Assembly: GCA_017622295.1 (NCBI GenBank)
Contig: JAGARK010000074.1
Span: 17,072-81,071 of the forward strand
DNA from: Oscillospiraceae bacterium
GTDB taxonomy: Bacteria > Bacillota > Clostridia > Oscillospirales > Oscillospiraceae
DNA: 64,000 nucleotides
Reading direction: 5' to 3'
Below the pieces are notes generated by a model. That model was not told where the DNA came from, did not search any database, and saw only the letters and a program-made list of their open reading frames with translations. The translations under genes and the position numbers were made by a program. Of this stretch, positions 55,229 to 63,915 are shown one piece after another. The first letter of the stretch is position 1, and the number at the start of each line of letters is the position of its first letter.

Positions 55229-56170
55229 ATGGCAGACGTAAAGAAAATCGCGACCCGCGACAGCTACGGCAACGCGCTGAAGGAGCTGGGCGCACAGCAT
55301 GACAATCTGGTGGTTCTGGACGCCGACCTGGCAGGCGCCACCAAGACCGGTATCTTCCTGAAGGCTTATCCCGACCGTCATTTTGATTGCGGCATCGCAG
55401 AGGCAAACATGATCTGCGTGGCTGCCGGTATGTCCACCACCGGTCTGGTGCCCTTCGCATCCTCTTTCGCAATGTTTGCGGCAGGCCGTGCCTACGAGCA
55501 GGTCCGCAACTCCATCGGTTATCCCCATCTGAATGTCAAGATCGGTGCTACCCACGGCGGCATCTCCGTCGGTGAGGACGGTGCAAGCCATCAGTGCTGC
55601 GAAGACTTCGGCCTGATGCGTACCATCCCCGGCATGATCGTCATGAGCCCCGCTGACGATGTGGAAGCAAAGGCTATGGTCAAGGCTGCTTACGAGCATG
55701 TTGGCCCCGTGTATATGCGTTTCGGCCGCGCTGCTGTGCCCGTCATCCATGACGAGGACTACCAGTTCCAGATCGGCAAGGGCGAGGTCGTCAAGGACGG
55801 CTCTGACGTTGCGATCATTGCCAACGGTCTGATGGTCTATGAAGCCATCGTAGCCGCTGAGGAGCTCCAGAAGGACGGCATCAATGCCATGGTCATCAAC
55901 ATGGCCACCATCAAGCCTCTGGACGAGGAGCTGGTTCTGGAAGCTGCCAAGAAGTGCGGCAAGGTCATCACCTGCGAAGAGCACTCCATCATCGGCGGCC
56001 TGGGCGAGGCTGTCTGCGGCGTCCTGTCCGAGAAGCTGCCCACTCCCGTCAAGCGCATCGGCGTCAACGACGAGTTCGGCCATTCCGGCCCCGCGGCTGC
56101 GCTGCTGAAGCAGTTCGGTCTCAGCGCCGAGCACATTGTGGAAGTGGCAAAGGAATTCTGCGGCAAGTAA
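55229..56170 (+). CDS. Transketolase, C-terminal subunit
   Basis: ATRDSYG, GIAEANM, GEDGASHQ, EEHSIIGGLG. Confidence 0.93.
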   Translation: MADVKKIATRDSYGNALKELGAQHDNLVVLDADLAGATKTGIFLKAYPDRHFDCGIAEANMICVAAGMSTTGLVPFASSFAMFAAGRAYEQVRNSIGYPHLNVKIGATHGGISVGEDGASHQCCEDFGLMRTIPGMIVMSPADDVEAKAMVKAAYEHVGPVYMRFGRAAVPVIHDEDYQFQIGKGEVVKDGSDVAIIANGLMVYEAIVAAEELQKDGINAMVINMATIKPLDEELVLEAAKKCGKVITCEEHSIIGGLGEAVCGVLSEKLPTPVKRIGVNDEFGHSGPAAALLKQFGLSAEHIVEVAKEFCGK

Positions 56171-56248
56171 TTTAAGTGTATAAAAAGCGCCCCGTCGGCC
56201 CAATAGCTGACGGGGTGTTATTTTTGGATTGGAGTAGGGGAGTAGAGG

Positions 56249-56422
56249 TTATTCTGTCTTTTCCAGGTCGTCCAATGCGGAACGGACCGCAGCAATCACA
56301 AAAGCAGAAAATGTACATTCTTTGCCCTGGATTACTTGTTCCACCTGTTCTACAACATCATTGGGAAAACGAATCGTCTTGTTAGTTGTGGGAGGATTTG
56401 TCGGAATTTTGAACTTACCCAT
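56249..56422 (-). CDS. Small ribbon-helix-helix-like DNA-binding protein (57 aa)
   Basis: NKTIRFPNDVVEQVE...FSAFVIAAVRSAL pattern; GAGGTG RBS before ATG 56422. Confidence 0.7.
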   Translation of the reverse strand: MGKFKIPTNPPTTNKTIRFPNDVVEQVEQVIQGKECTFSAFVIAAVRSALDDLEKTE

Positions 56423-56475
56423 AGCACACCTCGCAATACATTTGTCTTGCTTTAGTGTAATGGAAAACACTGTGA

Positions 56476-56505
56476 AAATATGCATTGCATTTGCAATGCA
56501 TATTT
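56476..56505. promoter_or_regulatory. Perfect 14-bp inverted repeat between divergent genes (operator candidate)
   Basis: AAATATGCATTGCA-TT-TGCAATGCATATTT. Confidence 0.6.
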
Positions 56506-56549
56506 GATAAGATAGGGTTAGAAGTATTATGGCAATGGGAGCGAATTAC

Positions 56550-56882
56550 ATGGAAAAGCCGCAAGACAGTACATATAGCAAAGGGTATCGGAATGGTTAT
56601 CTGGATGGTTACCAAGATGGCGTTCTGGCTACACAAAAAGGTGAACACAGGGGACATGGAGAAAATGAGCTTCTATATCTGTCTATTGAAGCCATGGGGA
56701 TCACAACACGTGCCCGTAACTGTTTGGTCGGGTTGGGGTGCAGGCATATCTCTGATCTGTTGGAATTGAAAGAAGAAAAATTGCGGCATGCAAGAAATCT
56801 GGGGAGCAAAACTGCCGCAGAGATTGCCGCCTGGCTGGAGCACAATGGCTTTTCCTATACTGTTTGGAGTAGGTTTTTGTGA
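56550..56882 (+). CDS. Small protein with RNA polymerase alpha-CTD-like domain
   Basis: IEAMGITTRARNCL..ISDLL..RNLGSKTAAEI; N-terminal YxxG repeats; start could be 56529. Confidence 0.72.
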   Translation: MEKPQDSTYSKGYRNGYLDGYQDGVLATQKGEHRGHGENELLYLSIEAMGITTRARNCLVGLGCRHISDLLELKEEKLRHARNLGSKTAAEIAAWLEHNGFSYTVWSRFL

Positions 56883-56966
56883 CGTGTAGCGTGAGACTGC
56901 CCTCTTCGAGTCCGTCTATACCGTTCACAAAGCAAAAAAAGAGCTTCCCAAAGGGAGCGCGTCACA

Positions 56967-57091
56967 ACGATATAGGACTCGACTTGCATTTTTGTCCCGA
57001 TGGGACAAAAATCAAGGTGTCATGCCCGTCGAGCCGGGCATGAGCAACAGTCCACCGGACTGTTGCATTTAATGGGTTCGAGTCCTATATC
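56967..57091. repeat. Structured element bounded by inverted copies of the tRNA-Val 3' end
   Basis: ACGATATAGGACTCGA (56967-56982) and GGTTCGAGTCCTATATC (57075-57091) enclose three hairpins. Confidence 0.8.
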
Positions 57092-57100
57092 TAATTCCAT

Positions 57101-57142
57101 ACCAAATAAAAAAGACCATCCGAAAGGATGGTCTTTTTTATT
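57101..57142 (-). terminator. tRNA operon terminator
   Basis: AAATAAAAAAGACCATC-CGAAAG-GATGGTCTTTTTTATT. Confidence 0.85.
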
Positions 57143-57219
57143 TGGTGGACGATATAGGACTCGAACCTATGACCTTCCGCACGTCAAGCGGATGCTCTAG
57201 CCAGCTGAGCTAATCGTCC
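57143..57219 (-). tRNA. tRNA-Val(GAC)
   Basis: GGACGATTAGCTCAGCTGGCTAGAGCATCCGCTTGACGTGCGGAAGGTCATAGGTTCGAGTCCTATATCGTCCACCA; cloverleaf with encoded CCA. Confidence 0.97.
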
Positions 57220-57244
57220 ATATGCTGTTGGGCAATCGGTACTG

Positions 57245-57321
57245 TGGTGGACGATATAGGACTCGAACCTATGACCTTCCGCACGTCAAGCGGATGCTCT
57301 AGCCAGCTGAGCTAATCGTCC
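57245..57321 (-). tRNA. tRNA-Val(GAC), identical tandem copy
   Basis: Same 77-nt sequence as 57143-57219. Confidence 0.97.
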
Positions 57322-57352
57322 ATGTAGTACCTCTTGCCGAAGCACATGGCTT

Positions 57353-57381
57353 ATTATATATGCCAAGTTCTGATTTGTCAA
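57353..57381 (-). promoter_or_regulatory. Sigma-A promoter for the tRNA pair
   Basis: TTGACA-17-TATAAT on the minus strand. Confidence 0.8.
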
Positions 57382-57409
57382 GAAGAATTTTAGAAAATTT
57401 TGAAAAATT

Positions 57410-57763
57410 TTATCCGACCATGCCGTCAATGGTTTCGTTGTCCAGGAAGCGGATCACCAGCCGGTGAGGGAGACACACGATCTGGGTGCCGGAGTTGCAG
57501 AAGCCCCGGGCGACACAATACTGATCCGGGCAGTCAGCGGCTGTTACGGCAATGGCGCCGTCTTTGACCGTAATGGTATTGGTGCCGCTGTCCACGGTAA
57601 TTGTGAACTCCTGGTCGATATTCAGGTCAACGGTTTTGAGGATCTTGCCTTCGCTGGAGATTTCCGCCCGGGTGACGGGGGAGCCGCCCATCAGCATCAG
57701 GCTCAGGGCCAGACAGATGATCAGTGCCGCTGCCAGCAAAAGGATCCAGTATTTGCTTTTCAT
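57410..57763 (-). CDS. NusG domain II-containing membrane-anchored protein
   Basis: N-terminal TM; ADCPDQYCV and IVCLPHRLVI motifs. Confidence 0.85.
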   Translation of the reverse strand: MKSKYWILLLAAALIICLALSLMLMGGSPVTRAEISSEGKILKTVDLNIDQEFTITVDSGTNTITVKDGAIAVTAADCPDQYCVARGFCNSGTQIVCLPHRLVIRFLDNETIDGMVG

Positions 57764-58680
57764 CGGAAAATTACCTCGTAGTCGCAGCCGGAGAGGTTGA
57801 CGCCCTCCGTCGCATGGATCTTGCCGTCATTTGTGATAAAGACCGCTTCAAAATCATCGCTGGCGCGCCAGAACCGCGTTCCGTCCTCCAGTCCCATGAC
57901 AAACAGGGCGGTGGAGAAGGCATCGGCGGTGAGGCCATCATCGCAGATGACCGTCACGGAGCGCAGACCCGAATCGGCAGGGAAGCCCGTTTCCGGATCC
58001 AGGATGTGGTGGTAGCGGACGCCATCCACCTCGAAATATCGCTGATAGTCGCCGGAGGTGACGACTGCCATGGTGCCGGTGACGGAAATGATGCCAAGAT
58101 AATCACCGCCGTCGGGATTCTGGATGCCGATCTTCCAGGGAGAGCCGTCGGCTTTTTCGCCGTAGGTCTGGATGTTGCCGCCCAGGTTCAGCATGGCCCG
58201 GTCGACCTTCAACTTGTCCAGCTCCAGGGTCAGACGGTAGCCTGCGTAGCCTTTCAGCGCGGCGCCCAGGTCCCACTGCTCCTGGGAAAGAGCCTCAGTG
58301 ATTTCTTCTGCCGTGGGAACCCGGAATTCTTCATTGTAAAAGCCCCAGGCATTGCTCAGGGCGTAGAGCTTGGGATTGAAGGCACCGCCGGTACGCTGGG
58401 AAAGGGCTTCCACCTGGTTCAGAAGCGCCTGATAGGGTCCATCCAGCTTCACATCCTGCCCTCGATTGATGGCGCTGAGGGAGGAGTTTGCATCGGTGAC
58501 GGACCAGAGAGATTCCAGATCACGAAGAATCACGTCGCACCGGGCGGCTGCCGTTTCGCAGTCCTTTCCCCACAGCTGCAGGTGCATTACGGTGTTCATA
58601 TGGTAGAGGGTTTTCTGGGTGTTTGCGCCGCAGCCGGACAGCAGTATACAGATCAAAAACAGACAAATCAGTCGTTTCAT
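57760..58680 (-). CDS. apbE: FAD:protein FMN transferase (lipoprotein)
   Basis: Lipobox LSGC; DLGAALKGY, NLGGN, TSGDYQRY, YHHILDPETG, ADAFST. Confidence 0.92.
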   Translation of the reverse strand: MKRLICLFLICILLSGCGANTQKTLYHMNTVMHLQLWGKDCETAAARCDVILRDLESLWSVTDANSSLSAINRGQDVKLDGPYQALLNQVEALSQRTGGAFNPKLYALSNAWGFYNEEFRVPTAEEITEALSQEQWDLGAALKGYAGYRLTLELDKLKVDRAMLNLGGNIQTYGEKADGSPWKIGIQNPDGGDYLGIISVTGTMAVVTSGDYQRYFEVDGVRYHHILDPETGFPADSGLRSVTVICDDGLTADAFSTALFVMGLEDGTRFWRASDDFEAVFITNDGKIHATEGVNLSGCDYEVIFR

Positions 58681-58773
58681 GGGCATCGCTCCTTTGTACT
58701 GAAAAGTATAGCAGGTCATACAAAAAAACGCAAGGAGCGCTGAAAAAAATTTAGGAAAACCTGAAAATTATTC

Positions 58774-58866
58774 TTGACATTGGATGGGGCATTTGTTACA
58801 ATACATAGGCCGCATCGAATGGGCTTAAGTTGGTGCGTCAAAAACACCCGCCTTTAGAGCGAGACT
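58774..58866 (+). promoter_or_regulatory. rplU promoter and probable L21 leader RNA
   Basis: TTGACA-17-TACAAT at 58774-58802; leader contains ACACCCGCC..GCGAG resembling the L21 leader. Confidence 0.55.
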
Positions 58867-58894
58867 ACACAATATAAAGTAGGTGAAATTAGAA

Positions 58895-59206
58895 ATGAAA
58901 GCAGTTATCGTTACCGGTGGCAAGCAGTACACCGTTTCCGAAGGTGATGTCCTGTTCATCGAGAAGCTGAACGTCGAGGCTGAGGAGACCGTCAAGTTCG
59001 AGCAGGTTCTGGCAGTCGTTGACGGCGAGAACACCAAGATCGGCACTCCCGTTGTCGAGGGCGCAGCTGTCGAGGCCAAGGTCGTCAAGAACGGCAAGGG
59101 CAAGAAGATCGACATCATCCGTTACAAGGCTAAGAAGGGCGAGAAGCGTCACATCGGTCATCGTCAGCCTTACACCAAGGTGGAGATCACCAAGATCGCA
59201 CTGTAA
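58895..59206 (+). CDS. rplU: 50S ribosomal protein L21
   Basis: TGGKQY, GHRQPYT. Confidence 0.97.
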   Translation: MKAVIVTGGKQYTVSEGDVLFIEKLNVEAEETVKFEQVLAVVDGENTKIGTPVVEGAAVEAKVVKNGKGKKIDIIRYKAKKGEKRHIGHRQPYTKVEITKIAL

Positions 59207-59216
59207 TTGAAAGATT

Positions 59217-59540
59217 ATGACTAGATGCGAATTTTTTACCGAGAATGAGAGAATCACTGGATTCTCCGTTTCCGGACACAGCGGCTATGCTGAGGCTGGT
59301 CAGGATATCGTCTGCGCCGCCATTTCCGCTGTTGTAACCATGGCCGAGGCCACCATCAATGATGTGTGCGGCGCGAAGGCCAAGGTCCGGGTCAAAGACG
59401 AGCAGGCTCGTATTACCCTGACTCTCCCCGCATCCTGCGACGAGGAGGAAACCGTACAGGCAGTTCTGGCCGGTATGATGGTTACCCTGATTAGTCTGCA
59501 GGAGGATTATCCTGATTTTATCGAAGTTTTGGAGGTGTAA
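59217..59540 (+). CDS. prp: Ribosomal-processing cysteine protease Prp
   Basis: [13 protein letters not shown]; between rplU and rpmA. Confidence 0.92.
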   Translation: MTRCEFFTENERITGFSVSGHSGYAEAGQDIVCAAISAVVTMAEATINDVCGAKAKVRVKDEQARITLTLPASCDEEETVQAVLAGMMVTLISLQEDYPDFIEVLEV

Positions 59541-59544
59541 CACC

Positions 59545-59826
59545 ATGCTGAAGATTGGTATTCAGTACTTTGCTCACCATAAGGGCGGCGGCTCCACCAA
59601 GAACGGCCGCGATTCCGAGGCAAAGCGCCTGGGCGTCAAGCGTGCTGACGGTCAGTTCGTTCTGGCTGGCAACATCCTGGTTCGTCAGAGAGGCACTCAC
59701 ATCCATCCCGGTGTCAACGTTGGTATCGGCAAGGATGACACCCTGTTCGCTCTGGTTGACGGTACCGTCAAGTTTGAGCGCAAGGGCAAGGATCGCCGTC
59801 AGTGCTCCGTTTACGCTGAGCAGTAA
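59545..59826 (+). CDS. rpmA: 50S ribosomal protein L27 with Prp-cleaved extension
   Basis: MLKIGIQYF then [20 protein letters not shown]. Confidence 0.97.
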   Translation: MLKIGIQYFAHHKGGGSTKNGRDSEAKRLGVKRADGQFVLAGNILVRQRGTHIHPGVNVGIGKDDTLFALVDGTVKFERKGKDRRQCSVYAEQ

Positions 59827-59836
59827 TTAGATTTGG

Positions 59837-59871
59837 AAAAGCTGCCGCATATTGCTTGCGGCAGCTTTTTT
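59837..59871 (+). terminator. Terminator after rpmA
   Basis: AAAAGCTGCCGCA...TGCGGCAGCTTTTT. Confidence 0.85.
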
Positions 59872-59993
59872 AATGCTAAATGCAAAATGCTGAATGCAGA
59901 ATAAAGGTATGCCCTCCGGGCATGATTTAAAATCGTCCCCGAAGGGGACACCACAATTTTGCACTTTGCATTCAGCATTCTGCATTTGGTATT
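59872..59993. repeat. Inverted heptamer-repeat element
   Basis: AATGCWR x4 on the left, complementary 7-mers x5 on the right, two internal hairpins. Confidence 0.75.
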
Positions 59994-60026
59994 AACTCTC
60001 ATCCCCTGAACGAAGGAGGAAATTCT

Positions 60027-61301
60027 ATGTTTGTAGATAAAGTTCGAATCACCGTATGCGGCGGTCGGGGCGGCGATGGCGCCGTGGCCTTCCACCGTGA
60101 GAAATATGTGGCAGCCGGCGGCCCCGATGGCGGCGACGGCGGTCACGGCGGCAGCGTCATCCTGCGGGTCAATGACAATATGACTACACTGCTGGACTTC
60201 CGTTACAAGAGAAAGTATGCCGCACAGGCCGGTGTCAACGGCCAGAGCCGCAAGATGGCCGGCAAGCGGGGCGAGCCCCTGATCATCGAGGTGCCCAGAG
60301 GCACCGTGGTCCGGGATGCCGAGACCAATGCCATCATCGTGGACATGTCCACCGGCGAGGATTTCGTCATCGCCAAGGGCGGCCGCGGCGGCTGGGGCAA
60401 TGCCCATTACGCCACTCCCACCCGTCAGGTGCCCCGTTTCGCCAAGGCCGGTATCAAGGGCCAGGAGCGGGACATCATCCTGGAGCTGAAGCTGCTGGCT
60501 GACGTGGGTCTGGTCGGCTTCCCCAACGTGGGCAAGTCCACCCTGCTGAGCGTCACTTCCAACGCCCGGCCCAAGATCGCTAACTACCACTTCACCACCC
60601 TGTTCCCCAATCTGGGCGTCATCTACGTGGAGGAGGGCGTGTCCTTCGTCATGGCCGATATCCCCGGCATCATCGAGGGCGCTGCGGAAGGCGCCGGCCT
60701 GGGTCACGATTTCCTGCGCCACATCGACCGCTGCCGTCTGCTGGTTCACGTTGTGGACGTCTCCGGCTCCGAGGGCCGCGATCCCGTGGAGGACTTCGAC
60801 GCCATCTGCGCCGAGCTCCATGACTACTCTGTGGATCTGAGCAACCGTCCCATGATCGTGGCCGCCAACAAGACCGACATCATGGATCCCGACTCCGACA
60901 ATCTGGAGCGCCTGCGCGAGCGCTGCGAGGAGCTGGGCATTGAGCTCTATGAGATCTCTGCCGGCACCACCCAGGGCACCCGCAATCTGATGCGCGTTGT
61001 GGCTGAGAAGCTGCGTACCCTGCCTCCTGTGACTATCTACGAGCCTGAGTATGTGGAAACCGCCCCCGAGGCCGGTGATCCCACCGCTCTGGAGATCGAG
61101 CACTATGGCAGCACCTGGCTGATCACCGGAACCTGGCTGGAGCGCATGGTCATGAACATCAATTTCGACGACTATGAATCCCGGAATTATTTCGACCAGC
61201 AGCTGCGCAAATGCGGCCTTTTCCAGCGTCTGGAGGAGATGGGGATCCAGGATGGCGACACCGTGGACATCTACGATTTCGAATTTGAATATCAGAGATA
61301 A
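60027..61301 (+). CDS. obgE: GTPase ObgE/CgtA
   Basis: MFVD, GGPDGGDGG, GFPNVGKST, DIPG, NKTD, OCT C-terminal domain. Confidence 0.97.
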   Translation: MFVDKVRITVCGGRGGDGAVAFHREKYVAAGGPDGGDGGHGGSVILRVNDNMTTLLDFRYKRKYAAQAGVNGQSRKMAGKRGEPLIIEVPRGTVVRDAETNAIIVDMSTGEDFVIAKGGRGGWGNAHYATPTRQVPRFAKAGIKGQERDIILELKLLADVGLVGFPNVGKSTLLSVTSNARPKIANYHFTTLFPNLGVIYVEEGVSFVMADIPGIIEGAAEGAGLGHDFLRHIDRCRLLVHVVDVSGSEGRDPVEDFDAICAELHDYSVDLSNRPMIVAANKTDIMDPDSDNLERLRERCEELGIELYEISAGTTQGTRNLMRVVAEKLRTLPPVTIYEPEYVETAPEAGDPTALEIEHYGSTWLITGTWLERMVMNINFDDYESRNYFDQQLRKCGLFQRLEEMGIQDGDTVDIYDFEFEYQR

Positions 61302-61406
61302 ATTTTTCAATAAAATATTTGCCATTTTCGACTCTATCGTGTATAATAATGGGGCTACCTGATTTTTCGGGCAGCCCCATTCAGTATTTTTTCGGAGGTA
61401 TGCGCT

Positions 61407-62558
61407 ATGATTCGGAATTTGAACCAGGTGAGTTTCCAGGGGTTCGGTACGATATTGCCGGAAAGAGCCCATACCGCTAAGATCGTAGATAAAGGCGCAC
61501 GTCAGACCCTTCAGCTTCAGACCGGGACGGCTTCGGTGTATCGGGCCGTGTCGGAGACATGGCTCAATTGCAGTTCCGGCATGAATGTTCTGTCCGTATC
61601 CAATGACGGAGAACGATATTTCCACTTCTATCTGGACAAGCCTGTCTGCGTTAAGAGCGGCGTGATCTTCTCTGTGGCGCCTTTCCGGGGGGACTCCGCC
61701 TTTGAGATGGCTGCGGCCGCATGGCCGGAGATTATCGGCTCCCGGAATACCGAATCTCTGCGGGTGGACCATGTACTCCATGTGGAAGGTTTGTATACCT
61801 TCTTTTACCATGAAAAGGAGCAGGGCTTCCTGTTCCCCGGTGAATCCCATCCCATGCCCGAACTGACTTATGTGGACCAGGGGAGTCTGCATTCCGTGGT
61901 GGATGGTCAGGATCTGCTGCTCAAGCAGGGTGACATCGTGATCTATGGACCCGACCAGTGGCATATGCAGTATGCCGACATCGGTGTGGCGCCCCGGTAT
62001 GTGACGCTGACCTTTGATCTTGCGGGAGCGGATATCACGGCGCTGCTGAACCGGAAGTTCGCGGCACCCCAGCAGGCGGTAACACTTCTGCAGCAGATGC
62101 TGCGGGAGCAGGAGCGGATGGATTCCTTCTCCAACGACATGATCATTTCCCAACTGAATATGCTGCTGCTTCTGCTGCTGCGGGAGAGCGAGAATCCCTC
62201 CGGCGGCAAGCTGCAGACCTCCAACGCGGTCCACAGTGAGAATGAGATCATCCGTCAGGCCCAGATCTTCATCAGCAGCCACATCCGGGAAAAGCTCAGC
62301 GTTCCTCTGGTTGCCCGGCAGGTGGATGTGAGCCCCAGCTATCTGACGGCGCTGTTCCACAAGAATCTCCAGATATCCCCCGGCGAATATATCCGCCGCA
62401 TCAAGCTCCAGGAGAGCAAGCAGATGATCCGGGAAAACGATCTGAATTTCACTGAGATCGCCGCTGCCCTGCAGTACTCCACGGTGCACCATTTCTCCCG
62501 CCAGTTCAAGGAGAAATTCGGTATCACCCCCACCGAATACGCAAAATCCGTTCGATAA
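61407..62558 (+). CDS. AraC family regulator with extended N-terminal (cupin-like) region
   Basis: GESHPMPELTYVDQG cupin; C-terminal double HTH, FSRQFKEKFGITPTEY. Confidence 0.9.
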   Translation: MIRNLNQVSFQGFGTILPERAHTAKIVDKGARQTLQLQTGTASVYRAVSETWLNCSSGMNVLSVSNDGERYFHFYLDKPVCVKSGVIFSVAPFRGDSAFEMAAAAWPEIIGSRNTESLRVDHVLHVEGLYTFFYHEKEQGFLFPGESHPMPELTYVDQGSLHSVVDGQDLLLKQGDIVIYGPDQWHMQYADIGVAPRYVTLTFDLAGADITALLNRKFAAPQQAVTLLQQMLREQERMDSFSNDMIISQLNMLLLLLLRESENPSGGKLQTSNAVHSENEIIRQAQIFISSHIREKLSVPLVARQVDVSPSYLTALFHKNLQISPGEYIRRIKLQESKQMIRENDLNFTEIAAALQYSTVHHFSRQFKEKFGITPTEYAKSVR

Positions 62559-62642
62559 GTTCTTGCCGCCCGATGCTTGCATCGGGCGGCTTTTTCGGAT
62601 ATACTATTGGTAGCTCGAATGCAAAATTACAGGAGCGATCAT

Positions 62643-63419
62643 ATGGATTTCAAAGTATTGTGTGTGGGTGATGTGGTGGGCAATCCCGGTTTGGACCGGG
62701 TGGAGCGGAGCCTGCGGTATCTCAAGCGCAAATGCGGCGCTGATTTTGTCATCGTCAACGGTGAGAACGCCGCGGTGGTGGGTATGACCCCCCAGCAGGG
62801 CGAGGAGATTCTGGATGCCGGCGCCGACTGCATTACCATGGGTAACCACACCTTCAATAAGCGGGAAATTGTGCCCTATCTGGAGGAGTGCCCCCAGATC
62901 GTTCGTCCTGCCAACTACGCGCCTCAGGCCCCCGGCAGGGGTTGGGCGGAGTTTGATACCAAGGCGGGTACGGTGTGCGTCATCGACCTGATTGGCCGGT
63001 GCAATATGGACTACGGCCCGGAAAACCCCTTTCTGATGGTGGAAAAAATCCTGAAGCAGACCAGCGCCAGGATCATTCTGGTGGAGATTCACGCCGAGGC
63101 CACCTCTGAAAAGCTGGCCATGGGCTGGATGCTGGATGGCCGGGTCAGCGCCGTCTGGGGCACCCATACCCATGTGCCCACCGCCGATGCCCAGGTGCTG
63201 CCGAAGGGAACTGGCTATGTGACGGATCTTGGCATGACAGGCCCGAAGAATTCTATTCTGGGTATCAAGCCGGAGCTGAGCATTGCCAGATTCCGGGGCG
63301 ACCTGCCGGAGCGGTACCGCTGGGCCGATGGCCCCACCAAGATGGAGGCGGTGCTCTTTACCATCGATTCCTCCACAGGAAAATGCAAGGCCGCCCAGCG
63401 GGTGGATTTAAGTGAATAA
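62643..63419 (+). CDS. ymdB: YmdB-family metallophosphoesterase (TIGR00282)
   Basis: GDVVG, NGEN, MGNH, HAEATSEK, GTHTHVPTAD, TDLGMTG. Confidence 0.92.
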   Translation: MDFKVLCVGDVVGNPGLDRVERSLRYLKRKCGADFVIVNGENAAVVGMTPQQGEEILDAGADCITMGNHTFNKREIVPYLEECPQIVRPANYAPQAPGRGWAEFDTKAGTVCVIDLIGRCNMDYGPENPFLMVEKILKQTSARIILVEIHAEATSEKLAMGWMLDGRVSAVWGTHTHVPTADAQVLPKGTGYVTDLGMTGPKNSILGIKPELSIARFRGDLPERYRWADGPTKMEAVLFTIDSSTGKCKAAQRVDLSE

Positions 63420-63421
63420 GG

Positions 63422-63452
63422 AACCGGGCTGTCGAAAGACAGCCCGGTTTTT
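63422..63452 (+). terminator. Terminator after ymdB
   Basis: AACCGGGCTGTC-GAAA-GACAGCCCGGTTTTT. Confidence 0.85.
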
Positions 63453-63476
63453 CGCTAAATGAGGACGAATATCTCA

Positions 63477-63534
63477 TTGACAAAATAGGTTTAATGTATT
63501 AGACTATTTACAAAGAGGTCTAATATATTAAACC
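63477..63534 (+). promoter_or_regulatory. Promoter with two palindromic BlaI-type operator candidates
   Basis: TTGACA at 63477; GGTTTAATGTATTAGACT (63488-63505) and GGTCTAATATATTAAACC (63517-63534). Confidence 0.7.
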
Positions 63535-63550
63535 AAAGGGAGTGATCCGA

Positions 63551-63913
63551 ATGGAAACACCGAAGATTTTTGAGAGCGAATACCGCTTCTGTCTGATCCT
63601 GTGGGAGCACGAGCCCATCAATTCCACAAAGCTGGTGGAGCTGTGCAAGGTGCAATTGGGCTGGTCCAAGGCGACTACCTACACCGTCATCCGCCGTCTG
63701 GGGGAACGGGGCGTATTGAAAAACGAGAACGCCATCGTCACCAGTCTGGTGTCGAAGGAGCAGGCGGAGGAAGCCCAGATGGAGGAACTGGTGGAAAAGA
63801 CCTTTCAGGGCAGCCTGCCTGCTTTCATCGCCGCGTTCTCCCGGAGCAAGAAGCTGACACGGCAGGAGGTTGACCAGCTGCGGGCCCTTATCGACAGCTA
63901 CGGGGAGGGGTAA
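63551..63913 (+). CDS. BlaI/MecI/CopY family repressor
   Basis: SEYRFCLILW, WSKATTYTVIRRL, FQGSLPAFIAAF. Confidence 0.9.
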   Translation: METPKIFESEYRFCLILWEHEPINSTKLVELCKVQLGWSKATTYTVIRRLGERGVLKNENAIVTSLVSKEQAEEAQMEELVEKTFQGSLPAFIAAFSRSKKLTRQEVDQLRALIDSYGEG

Positions 63914-63915
63914 GT

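Noticed and set aside
54382-56170. Transketolase split into two genes
   Set aside because: Common arrangement in Clostridia and archaea
56176-57142. Intact prophage or ICE at tRNA-Val
   Set aside because: No integrase or other mobility genes; the tRNA-end duplication is only about 175 bp from the tRNA
59217-59826. N-terminally extended L27 with adjacent protease
   Set aside because: Well-described Firmicute Prp/L27 system
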